DNA of 64,000 nucleotides, taken from the NCBI RefSeq assembly GCF_009914755.1, contig NC_060932.1. One strand, given 5' to 3'. The notes under the pieces were generated by a model that was not told the origin of the DNA, did no database searches, and worked only from the letters and a program-made list of their open reading frames with translations. The translations under genes and the position numbers were made by a program. Positions 52,007-64,000 of the stretch are shown piece by piece. This DNA is from the human T2T-CHM13v2.0 reference genome, Homo sapiens. The stretch's first letter is position 1. Each line of letters opens with the position of its first letter.

Positions 52007-52230
52007 TGTTATCATGGATTCATTGGCACACCTCCCTGATCCCTCTTCAGGGCCAATACACCCATCCATAATTACCTACAGTGCCTGATGCGCCTCACTT
52101 CAACTTCAGGAAAGTGCCTGGGACAAGGTTATACCTCTCAGGGGACAGCCTACAACCACTGACAAACTCATGCATGGACACAAATGTTGGGCCCCCTTGT
52201 CTCACTTCAGGACAGCTCTGCAGGAGCTGA
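52007..52230 (+). mobile_element. LTR16-like ERVL LTR fragment
   Basis: GGGGACAGCCTACAACCACTGAC...GGCCCCCTTGTCTCACTTCAGGACAGCTCTG. Confidence 0.55.
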
Positions 52231-53944
52231 CACTGCTTGACAATGAAGATCCTTTCAGAAGTGGCCACTCAGCCCAAAGATGTGAGGATAAAGGGATTTG
52301 AACAAAGATGAGGATTAAAAACTTCCCATAACTCTGGGTAATTTATTCTACAAAGGCAGAATCTTCATCCTGAAGAGGTCAAGTTGAATTGCTAGGGTTC
52401 TGTATCCTGGTGTTTAGATCAGGATTAAGAAAATGGCACAAGCATTCTAAACTACCTGGAGGGAACTTTTCCCAGTCTTAGCATGTGCATTATATGGCAT
52501 GGGCTTAACCAGCAAAAGCTCTCAAATTCCTTCTACTTGGAGTGGATGTGGGGGGAATGACAAGTTCTACCACACAGAGTATGTGAACAAGGCAGGCTTA
52601 TATAACTCCTTTAGGATCAACAAGTGAGGCTTGAGGGTTCCAGTGGTTGATTCACACTGTCAGCTAAGGTGATGTTTTACATTAAGTACACAGGGAGGAA
52701 TAGTGATCTTCCTATGAGTTAGGAAGAGAAGAGAAACCCCATTCAGATATTCCTCTGTGTATTTATATGGAGAGTAGACTTGCCTTTATTCCTTCTCTTT
52801 TTATTCAGCCATTTATGGGCACACTTCACCCTGGTTCATAGCATAATCAATCTCAAAACCTATCTTGGCAGATATATTTGCTGTAACACCTCAGAAAACA
52901 CAAACAATGGATCTTTTATGAATATCATGAATCAGGGCTTAAGTTAAAGGTTAGCCCAGATGAAACAGAAAATTAGAGATTAAATAGTTTGCCCTCTCTT
53001 GTCAATTCCAGCTTATATCTTGTCACTCTTTATAGCCAAATGAAGAAAAAAAAGCACAACCACGTATATTTTAAATTATTTCATTGATTAAAGTAGTATC
53101 AATTCAAAATGGCATCAAAACCAAAAATTTCCTCTTTGCCATTCTGAAATTTACTCAAGGCCAGAAGGAGAATAGAACATAGACCTTTAATATTTTTGGT
53201 GACAAGAAGTTTGAAGGGCTGCTAAACAAAAGAAGGAGCAGGGGCGAATGGGGAAGAAAGAGGAGCAAGGACCGCCCCAGTTACACATCTGAGAAAACCA
53301 ATCCAGTTCACTTTTCAAAGATGCAGGGCACAAATTGAGACACAGGACTACATCTTTTATTTGCAGAGATCAGAATGGGGTTATTAGCTTGAATCAGGAA
53401 CTTTCTAGACTATAGTTTGTTTCTCACAAAAAAAGGGCTCAGATAAATAAGGAATGTTCACCAAAGCTGTAATTTCAGGAAGTAGCTGGAAGTCCTTGAG
53501 TTGTGTAAAGCAAGTTAGTTTCCTATTTCCATTAGCTGTTAAGAAGTAAAGGCTAATTGAGCTGCCGCTCAAAACCGTAGGTCAGAAAAAAAAAAAAATC
53601 CCTCTCAGACCATAACTCTGATTCTTTCTAAACAAAAGCCACATATAAATAGATCACCAAGAAAAAAATTAGGAACATAAAGGCTAAATAATCAAAAGGG
53701 AACCAACAAAGATTCTACACGGAAAAAAAAAGGAACATAAAAGACAAAGAGCAGAGAAGAAAAATACTTACAAAAATAATAAAATGTAGCCATGTAGCAG
53801 ATAAAAATAAACCATCTTGACAAAAATTTAAAGATCGTATGCCTCTGTGAAGCACATACCAGAGTGAAACAAGTGCTCATAGAGAATATGGAGACATAAG
53901 AGACTTATTATATATCTTAATTAAAAAAAAAATTATTTAAAACA

Positions 53945-54280
53945 GTCTCAACTCCCAAGTTTTCTCATGCCATTGATTTGTTGGATGCTGGCACTTTCTA
54001 GGTCTCTTCCTCAAGTAGTTAATAACAAATAACCAAATGACCCACAAACAGATTTTTGACCACAGATATCCAGTCATGCCACCTTGAATAACATTGAGGT
54101 CACTTCACTTTTTAGATAGTTAATGCATGCTAGGGAGTGAAGTTGTAATAACTTCCAGTAGTCAAAAGCAATTGTAAAACACTGAAAATTGTATTACCCC
54201 ATGGATTTTAATAGTACATCCCAATTTCAGAGTTGTTAAAAGTGTGATAAAATGTGTATTTTTAAATTTAAAGAATAGAT
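53945..54280. mobile_element. TcMar-Tc2 (Kanga/MER104-like) DNA transposon remnant
   Basis: CATCCCAATTTCAGAGTTGTTAAAAGTGTGATAAAATGTGTATTTTTAAATT resembles the Tc2-group terminus. Confidence 0.45.
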
Positions 54281-55342
54281 TAAAATGTACTGTCAGAACT
54301 AAGACAAACATCTGTAATACAAATAAATAAAAATGGGTTGAATTTAACTATTGAAAGAAAAATGTGTTATATTTAATCACATATCAAAGTCCAATTTTGT
54401 TCTTTCAACAACAAATATTTCTAAAATAAGGCATTCTTATAGATTGATAAAAACATGGGCAAAGATATAAAAATAAAATGCTAATAAACAAATATCAAGG
54501 GTCATGATAATTATATCACCATATGTTGAATTAAGGCAATAATTACTAATTGACATAAAATTATAGTGCTAAAGTATATACTATACAATTATGTATAGCA
54601 ATTATACTAAATTTGCATGCAAGCAATATATCAACATCCATAGAAGCAAAAACCATAGGAAAAAATATTAAATAGAACAAAATCACATTCTTATTATAAG
54701 TAAAAAACTTTAATTTGCCTGTCTTAGACCATGATAGATTTAAACAAACAAAATTTAAAAATATAAATTATATAATTAATTAGGTGCATTAATGTTGTAT
54801 AATGCTATAACCTGAAAAGAACAAATACATATTATTTTTCATATCAATGGAAAATTCACAGGAATTGATAACATCTTAGATTGTAAAAACAGTCTTAATT
54901 AAGCAAATCAGAAGTAGTATAGAAAACATTGCTGTACTGAAGGTATACTAATAATGCACTGAAAAATATATTAATAACAAAATTAAAAAGTAAGATTCCT
55001 ACCACTTTGATATTAAAAGATAAAAATCCTCTCTATAACACTTTTATTAAAAAGTAATTCTAAAATAAAACATTGTAGTAATTATAGAAAATTAACATAA
55101 TGAAAATGCTGAATATCCAGATTAGTGAAATAGAGGTAGCAGTGCTCAGAAATATATTCATAGACCAAAACTATCTTCTATTAGTAAAAAAGAAGTTAAA
55201 CGAAATAAGCATATAATTTATGGAAACATGGACCTATGAAAACCAAACATTAATAAAGGTAACACTGGAAAAAGGTGAATCAAAAAAATAAAAAGCAAAA
55301 CAGTAAAAAACTTCATAAGAAAAGAAATCTCAGAGCTAAGTG

Positions 55343-55586
55343 GGTGTTTGTTTGTTTTTGTTTTTGAGATGGAGTCTCCCATTGTCACTCAGTCTGGAGT
55401 GCAGTGGCGCCATCTCAGCTCACTGCAACCCCCGCCACCACGACCGGCTAATTTCTGTATTTTTAGTAGAGACAGGCTTTCACTCTTTTGAGCAGGCTTG
55501 TCCAGAACTCCTGACCTCAGGTGATATCCACCTGCCTTGGGCTCCCAAAGTGCTGAAATTACAGGCGTGAGCCACAGCACCTAGCT
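55343..55586 (-). mobile_element. AluS with about 60-bp internal deletion
   Basis: CACTGCAACCCCCGCC joined directly to ACCACGACCGGCTAAT; TSD GCTAAGTG (55335-55342, 55587-55594). Confidence 0.9.
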
Positions 55587-55594
55587 GCTAAGTG

Positions 55595-55897
55595 TTTTCT
55601 TTTTTCTTTTTTTTTTTCTTTTTCTTGAGACAGAGTCTCGCTCTGTCACACAGGCTGGAGTGCAATGGCATGATAGCTCACTGCAAGCTCTGCCTCCCTG
55701 GTTGAAATGATTCTGCCTCAGCCTCCCAAGTACCTGGGGTTACAGGCACATACCACTACTCCTGGCTAATTTTTGTATTTTTGTAGAGATGGGTTTCACC
55801 ATGTTGTCCTGGCTGGTCTTGAACTCCTGACCTCGTGATCCACCTGCCTCAGCCTTCCAAAGTGCTGGGATTACAGGCATGAGCCACCATGCCTGGC
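55595..55897 (-). mobile_element. AluS (Sg-like), full length
   Basis: GAGACAGAGTCTCGCTCTGTC...GAACTCCTGACCTCGTGATCC...GAGCCACCATGCCTGGC. Confidence 0.92.
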
Positions 55898-56029
55898 ATA
55901 TGTGTTTTTTTAAAGAAAAAAAAAATTGGCTAACCCAACAGAGAAAAATTGAATATATGTTAATTTAATAGTGGTAATCATCACACAATGTCTATGTATA
56001 TCAAATAAAAGATGAAAAAGCAAAAAGAA

Positions 56030-56140
56030 AAATGGAAAACGGCAATAAATCCGAAAAGAAAGAAAATGGAAGGAAGGAAGGGAAGGGAAATGAACGAAAG
56101 GGATTAAAGGCAGGAAGGAAGGAAGGGACGAAGGGACAAG
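56030..56140. repeat. Purine-rich (GGAA/GAAG) low-complexity tract
   Basis: Direct reading: GGAAGGAAGGAAGGGAAGGGAAA...GGAAGGAAGGAAGGGACGAAGGG. Confidence 0.8.
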
Positions 56141-56325
56141 AGCAAAATAATATAAACAAGGATGAAAATGGCACAAATTATGTTCAATCATATAAAAATA
56201 AATGTGAAATATGAATTTGAGGAGAAAACATAGTTATCTGTGGATTGTCATAACAGCATTTGATAGAATTTTTTGTAAGGCAGAAGTAAATGGCTAATTC
56301 TAATGTATGATTAAAATGTATATTA

Positions 56326-56654
<329 letters not shown>

Positions 56655-57513
56655 TATATTAATGTATAGTATAAATATGTGAAACATATATAATATGGTT
56701 ATTATGTATAATCAACTGTAAAAAGAATGTATCAACTCCTAAACTAAAATTATGCTTAATGTAAAAAACCTTTAAAAAGTCCCATTGAATTCAGAATTAA
56801 AGCAAGGCTATTCATTATCACCACTACTGTTTAATAAAAAGTCAGTTAAAGAAGACATTGAAACAATAAGTATAAAATTGAGAATGTTTTCCAGGCATAT
56901 AAGCATTATCTTATCCAATAATGATGAATTGTCTGAAAAATAAAGAAAATAAACAGAAAATCTACTATAAACAAAATAATTCAGCAAATTAATAACTTTT
57001 TCTATTCATAAATGACAATGTTTAAACATAGAATGGGAGAGAAGACTCATTTTTTACTATGGTAGCAAAAAATACTATAAATAAACTTGAAGTAATGTGC
57101 AAAAGCTATATAAAGCTCTATGGACATGGAAGACTGAACTCTTATCCTAAAGAGAATTGGTTACCTGTAAATTAATCTCTGGAATTCATAGGATCCCAAT
57201 AAAATACCATAGAGATTATTTTAGTACCTTATGTCATGATTTCTGGATAAGAAAAAAGAATAAATAACTAAAATCATCTGAAAATGAAGAGTAATGAAGG
57301 GAAGCTAGCCATGCTGGATATTGAAATTTATTACAATATTTCAATCATTTAAGAAGCATGGTACTGTACATATACTTAGAAAAAGAGTCAGAGCAACAAT
57401 ACCAAAAACAATAACAGAAATAGAACAAATACATCAAGGAATTTAGTAAAAGAGTGATAATCAAATCAGAGATTATACAATAAACAGTGTTGGAACAGTC
57501 TTGTGTTTATGAG

Positions 57514-59870
57514 TGTATTAGTCCATTCTCACACTGCTGTAAACATACTACCTGATAATGGATAATTTATAAGAAAGGTTTAATTGACTCACAATTCTGC
57601 ATGGCTGGGGGAGGCCTCAGGAAACTTGCAATCATGGTGGAAGGTGAAGGGGAAGCAAGGACCTTCTTCATAAGGTGGCAGGAGAGAGATAGCAAGGGCA
57701 GGGGAAATGCCTGACATGTACCAAACAAGCAGATCCTGCAAGAATTCCCTCACTATCAAGAGAACAGCATAGGGGAGACTGCCCCCATAATCCAGTCACC
57801 TCCCACCAGGTCCTTTCCTGAACACATGGGGATTACAATTCAAGATGAGATTTAGGTGGGGACACAGAGCAAAACCATATTATTCCACCTTGGCTCCTCT
57901 CAAATCTCATGTTCTTTTCACATTTCAAAACCAGTCATGCCTTCCCAACAGTCCCCCAACATCTTAACTCATTCCAGCATTAACTCAAAAGTCCAAGTCC
58001 ACAATTTCATCTGGGACAAGGCAAGTCCCTTCCACTTATGAGCCTGTAAAATCAAAAGCAAGTTAGTTACTTCCTAGATACAGTGGGGGTACAGGCATTG
58101 GGTACCAAATAGGAGAAAATTGGCCAAAACAAGGCACAGGACCTATGCACATCCAAAACATGGTGGGGGCAGTCATTAAATCTTAAAGCTCTGAAATGAT
58201 CTCTTTGGACCCCGTGTCTCACACCCAGGGCATGCTGATGCAAAGGGTGGGCTCCCATGGCCTTGGGCAGGTCTGCCCCTGTGGCTCCAGAGTGTAAAGC
58301 CCTGGTGGCTGCCTTTCCTTTCCAGATGGCATTGAGTGTCTGTGGCTTTTCCAAGCACATGGTGCAAGCTGTCAGAGGATCTACCATTCTGGGGTCTGGA
58401 GGACAGTGGCCCTTTTCTCACAGCTCCACTAGGCTCTACTAGTGCCCCAGTGGGGATCCTGTGTGGGGACTCCAACCCCACATTCCCCTCTTTATTGCTC
58501 AAGTAGAGTTTCAACATGAGGGCTCTGCCCCTGCAGCAGGCTTCTGCATGGACATCCAGGCATTTCCATACATCCTCTGAAATTTACGTGGAGGCTGCCA
58601 AGCCTCACCTCTTGTCTTCTGCACACCTGCAGTCCCAACATCACATGGAAACCACCAAGGCTTTGGACTTGGGCTCCCCTGAAGCAACAGCCCGAGCTGT
58701 ACCTTGGCCTCCTTTAGCCATGGCTGGAGGTGGAGCATCTGGACACAGGGCACTAAGTCCTCAGGCTACACAGAGGAATGGAGCCCTAGACCTGGCCCAC
58801 GAAACCATTTTTTCCTCCTAGGCCTCTAGGCCTGTGATGGGAGGGGCTGTCTCAAAGATCTCTGACATGCCCTGAGACATGTTCTTCATTGTCTTGGCTA
58901 TTAAATTTGGCTCCTCATTACTTATGCAAATTTCTGCACCCAGCTCGAACTTCTCCCCAGAAAGTGGGGTTTTCTATCACGGTCAGTCTGCAAATCTTCC
59001 AAACCATTATGATCTGCTTCCTTTTTAAACATAAGTTCCAATTTCAAATCATCTCTTTGTGAACACATATAACCATACACTTTCAGGAAAAGCTAGATCA
59101 CTTCTTGAATACTTTGCTGCTTGGAAATTTCTTCTGCGAGATACCCTAAGTCATCACTCTGAAGTTCAAATTTGCATAGATCTCTAGGTAAGGTGCAAAA
59201 TGCTGCCAGTCTCTTTGCTAAAGCATAGCAAGAGTCACCTTTGCTTCACTTCCCAAGAAGTCCCTCATCTCCATCTGAGACCACCTCAGTCTGGACTTCA
59301 TTGTCCGTATTACTATCAGCATTTTGGTCAAAACCATTCAACAAGTCTCTAGAAAGTTCCAAATTTTCCCTCATTTTTCTATCTTCTTCTGATCCCTCCA
59401 AACTGTTCCAAAGTCTTCCTGTTACCCATTTCCACAGTTGCTTCCACATTTTCAAGTTATCTTTGTAGCAGTATCCCACTATCCTGGTACCAAGTCTCTG
59501 TATTAGTTCATTCTCACACTGCCATAAACATACTACCTGAAACTGGGTAATTTATAAGAAAGAGGGATTAATTGCCTCACAGTTCTGCATGGCTGGGGGA
59601 GGGCTCAGGAAACTTCCAATCATGGTGGAAGGTCAAGGGGAAGCAAGTACCTTCTTCACAAGGCAGCAGGAGAGAGAGCGCAAGTGCAGGGTAAACACTG
59701 GACACTTATCAAACAACCAGATCCTATCAGAACTCCCTCATTATCAAGGGTACAACATGGGGAAAGCCACTGCCATGATCCAGTCACCTCCCACCAGATC
59801 CCTCCCTTGACACGTAGGGATTATAATTTGAGATGAGATTTGGGTGGAGATACAGAGCAACACCATATCA
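57514..59870 (-). mobile_element. Full-length MaLR provirus (THE1D/MSTA-type): 3' LTR 57514-57882, internal 57883-59498, 5' LTR 59499-59870
   Basis: Two LTRs (TGTATTAG...ACCATAT(T/C)A) flank THE1/MST internal sequence; TSD ATGAG/ATAAG. Confidence 0.93.
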
Positions 59871-60136
59871 ATAAGGAAAAATAAATAAATTTTACATTAT
59901 ATATAATACCTTAAGCCCTCAGTATTTTAAATTGAGCAAATAAAAAGAAGAGAAAAGATAAGAAATGGAAAATATTAAAAGAAGATAATGACTATAAATA
60001 TACAAGTATATATGTATATTTATGTATAAAAATATGTGTATTATATATATAAATGTCATACCAAAAAAGATCTTCTCAATAAATATATGTGAAACCAAAA
60101 CCGAATTGAAGAAGATAATATGTAAACACATAAAAA

Positions 60137-60290
60137 AATAGTTGAGCATTGTGGCACATGCCTATAGTCCCAGCTATTCAGGAAGCTGAGGCAGGAGGAT
60201 CACCTGAGCCCTAGAGTTTGAGGCTACAGTGAGCTATGAGGCTGGAGTTACTGCACTCCAGCCTGGGCAACAACAAAGTGAGACCCCATC
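60137..60290 (+). mobile_element. FRAM / AluJ right-arm monomer
   Basis: GTGGCACATGCCTATAGTCCCAGCTA...GGAGGATCACCTGAGCCC...GAGTTTGAGGCTACAGTGAGCTATGA. Confidence 0.85.
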
Positions 60291-62894
60291 GTTAATCAGT
60301 CAATCAGTTTTAAAGACAGCATCACCATAAGCGAAATATAACAAAATGACAGATTTTGATATGTATTTTCTTAAGATATTTATAAAGAGCTTTTGAAAAA
60401 TATAAATTGATATGAAAAAGAACAGTTCAATAGAAAAATAGGCTGGAGATCTGACCAAACTGTTCACAGAAAATAAATAGCTCTTAAACATATCAGATAA
60501 CCTCAAAGTCACTCTTTGGTGCATAACTTTGGAGAGACAGGTGTTCCATGAATAGATGAAAAGTGGTTTGACAACTGTTATTGAAATTACCATGCGCATC
60601 TGAAAATTTTTCTGTGGGTACATTCCTATATGTACAAGAGGATATAGATAAAACTTTACACAATATTATTTGTGATAACAAAACATTGGAAATAAACCAA
60701 ATGTGCTTCAATAAGCCAGAGGTTAAATAAATTACAACCCATATACACAATCCATGTAAGATATATTATATATGCATATTCCCATATATATAAGTGAACA
60801 CTGATTAAATAATTTATATTCATCCACATTATAGAATCAAAAGCAGCTTTCAAAAGGATTGATGAAGTCTCTATGTACTGATGGGAGATAATCCCCCAAT
60901 TATACTAAATGATTTGCCAAGAGTATGTTTACTTTAATTTTTAAAACTATTTGTATATAAAAGAACAAAGAACATTTGTACATATTTGTTGAATATGCAA
61001 CATTATATATCTACATACAAGAGACTGATAACAATTTGCAACTTTTAGGAAAAGGAATTGCAGGTCTAGGGGAGAATTGTAGGTTAGGAAACTTTCACTG
61101 AGTAACTTTGATACGCTTCCTGAATTTTGAACCATTCACAAATTATTAATTTCGGAAGCATCCAACATCTATCAAAATTGGTTGAATAAACTACCAAATT
61201 TCTTGTTAATGTAAGCTCAGTTAAGTAGATTTTATATATTGAAGTACAATGAGAATTCATGTAGCCTTTACAAGCATGTAGCCCAAGTGCATAGGAAAAT
61301 CCATTAGCTGCATAATTTATAGCCAATTTAAAATATTTAATTTGAGCAAGAAGTTGACACTCTGCTATCCCACTGCCTGAAAAAAAAAAAAAACTTTCTG
61401 AATCAAGGACACAAATATTAAAATTGTATTGAACATCTTATTGAATTTTTAGCCTAAATGAAAATTACAGGTTGCTTTGGTAATAACAACCAAATAAAAT
61501 CTGGGGTAGGATGAAGCTTTAAGCACAACTGATGCTATTTAGTCCAATTACTTGACTGAAATACAAAGAATGTAACACTTTGTAAAATTATCTTTACTTT
61601 GGGGTAAAAGTGTCTTCCACTTTTTATTAACTTAGATTCAGATAATTTTATATTTGGAAAGTCCTTAAAGCTCACGTTTCCATCAGGATTTTACAAAGCC
61701 ATCTTTACTCTGATTTCCCAGAAATAACAACTATAACTTTGTTTGCTAACGATTTACTCTTTAGCATCTCTACCCAAAGTCAGCCTAAATCCCTCATTTG
61801 CAATTTACATTTATTTCCAGACGTTCTGGATGAGAAAGACATGGAAAATTTTGTACTGGTGGTATTTCTTTCTATAACAACCTTTCATATATTCTAAATC
61901 ATTTATTATACTTTTCTCAAAGTATTTCTATAATATCAGGTTTAAAAATGAGGAAGCTAAATTATATTTCCATAAGTGAAGTCATCATTAGTACTTACAT
62001 TAGAATGTTTTATTAGATGACATAAAAAATTACGCAGAAAATTGGAAAAGGTACTTTTCTTTGTTGTTACATGTACATTCTAGTAGGTATGATTAAATCT
62101 GAGTGATTTATTATTTTGGTTTATATGCTTTCTACTGTTTGCTTAAACGTTGTTCATCTGTAGTTGTTTTCCTGGCAGATCTATTTCTTTTTTATTAAAG
62201 CATGTTCAAATGTTTGTTCTCATTCTGCATCCGCAAATTCAATGTTTAAACTTAGCACCTTCTTAGAATTTGAATTTAGAAGGCTACCTTTCTTTACATC
62301 CATGATTTTTATCAGTCTCTATTCTGACCGAGTAAGAAATAGACACATATGGGAGGTTTTCTATTTTAGCAGAAAAATGGTATACTAAATCTTTTAAAAA
62401 ATAAAACATCATTTGAAGTCAGTAGAGAGCTACTGCTTCTTTTTATGTGTCTGATCATTTGCTTAGCACTGTTTTAGTTATGTATCTGATTAATTTTGAA
62501 TAGCACACATTAATTAAAATTTAATAACACTTCATTTAATTAGGTTAGGTATTCTCAAAAGCACTCCAGAGCTAGATTTCATGATTCATAGGAGCAAAAA
62601 TACCCACTTCTTACTCAACATAATGATCCCATGTTTAAAAGGAATATAGTCAGAGCAGCAGGGATGAAGCACATAAAAACTTGCACTACATATTATTTTG
62701 TGATATTTTAGTTATAATCCTTTGTTTCTAAATTAACTCATCTTTCATAGTATGAGATACAGCAAAGAGATTGAAAACATTATGTTAGATGCTGGAGGGC
62801 AAAACAAAGAATGAAACAGTGTCTGACCTTAAGGATATTAAATCTAAACCAAAGGACTTTTATTATTGTACTTTCAAATTTCTGAATAGATGAT

Positions 62895-63290
62895 CAGAGG
62901 CTGGGTAATTCAGCAACTGCATACAGATTTTTACCATCTTGCTGCCCTGTTATCCTGAGCTTGTTTCCTTCTGCATGATGTCAAGATAGCTGCCTCAATT
63001 CTAATGTCATGTGGCAAGCTCAAGTGGAAAAGGGTAGGAAAAGAGACTAGATGTGTCTCTTTAGCAATGAGAGAATCTTTTCAGGAACCCTTAAACAGAC
63101 TTTTCATCCGTCAGAATTGCCGCATACCACTGTTTCTAAAGCAATAACCAACAGAGGGAATGTGTTTGCCATGATTAGCTTAGTTAAGCACATGGCCCTG
63201 TAAAAACAAGTTTTGACAGAACAAAATTGGGCTTTTGCTAACCAGGATGGAAGAGAGAAGGGATGTATATTCTGTAAGCAACTATCAGTG
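62895..63290 (-). mobile_element. Old MLT1 (J/K/L-like) remnant
   Basis: CAAGATAGCTGCC...GAATCTTTTCAGGAACCC...CAGACTTTTC...GTCAGAATTG; tentative. Confidence 0.4.
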
Positions 63291-63650
63291 TCTGCTATAT
63301 AATTGAAAATTTTTGAAGAGGGAAGTGTCATGATCAATCTGTGCTTTTTTGTCTTGGCAATTAAAATGTACGTTGACCTACTTGGAAAATCACAGTCCTA
63401 GGTTTCACGGAAACTGGCTATTTTATGCTTCTTTTTATTCTCTCTTTCTACCTTTTTTCTTTCTCTTCTTATTATCTTAATTATTATTTCAATTATTAAG
63501 TTTTTATGTCTATCACCAATATTTTCTGTTTTTCCTCTTAAATGCCATTACCTTCTATATTCACCTTAGTCTGTTCACATTATTTCTTTTGTAGACAACG
63601 AAAATAGCCATAAAACATGTCTACCTTAATTTACTATTATGCCTCTATGG

Positions 63651-63812
63651 TAGGACTGGCTACATCATTTGTAGGGTCTACTGTAAAAATAAGATGTGGG
63701 GCTTCTGTTAAAGACGTATTAAGAACTTCAGCGTGGCAACAGTAGAGTATCAAATTCAAGCATGGGACCCTGTGGGACTGCACAAGCTGCATGCCTGTGA
63801 GGCTGGGCCCTG
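63651..63812 (-). mobile_element. MER45A hAT-Tip100 MITE
   Basis: AGGACTGGCTACATCATTTGTAGGG...GACCCTGTGGGACTGCACAAGCTGCATGCCTGTGAGGCTGGGCCCTG. Confidence 0.8.
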
Positions 63813-64000
63813 CTTTCCAACTTGTCCTCCACCCAGTGCCCTCAAATATCTTTTCTGTTGCTCTCAGAATGAGGATCTACATCTTTAATATGAACTAAAT
63901 GTTATCAGCTTAATTATCTTATCTGCATCTACAACATACCAGCCCCTGTTCTTACTTCTGTGCTCTAGCCATGGTAATCTTTCACTGACTCTCTTTTATC

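Noticed and set aside
56032-56214. Lys/Glu/Gly-rich 60-aa ORF
   Set aside because: Translation of a purine-rich low-complexity tract.
57856-59810. Second ORF cluster, similar to the 23-kb one
   Set aside because: Paralogous MaLR internal sequence; the similarity reflects TE homology, not a gene family.

Overview
AT-rich, gene-poor, repeat-dense human genomic DNA. The human assignment rests on a full-length AluYb8 at 56326-56652, a human-specific Alu subfamily. I find no credible protein-coding gene, RNA gene, CRISPR array or prokaryotic system. The ORF track is explained by L1 ORF2 remnants, THE1/MST internal and LTR sequence, Alu read-through and chance ORFs. The window holds a layered transposon record: Alus from FLAM/FRAM to AluYb8, L1PA and L1M fragments, two full-length MaLR proviruses, solo LTRs (HERV-H LTR7, MER41A, THE1, MLT1, other ERV1), MADE1, MER45A, MER5, L2 and MIR. 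The main points of interest are an intact solo LTR7 with a duplicated SOX-type motif, two very young and possibly polymorphic Alus, a 75-bp internally deleted Alu that keeps both ends and its TSD, a direct-repeat-flanked patchwork/palindromic insertion at about 2.6 kb, a DUX4 motif in a THE1 LTR, a miR-548-like MADE1 hairpin, and several plus-strand cryptic exon or recursive-splice candidates that hint at a long intron. Subfamily calls come from recalled consensus sequences and were not aligned; boundaries of old elements are approximate. I cannot support a new biological system from the sequence alone.
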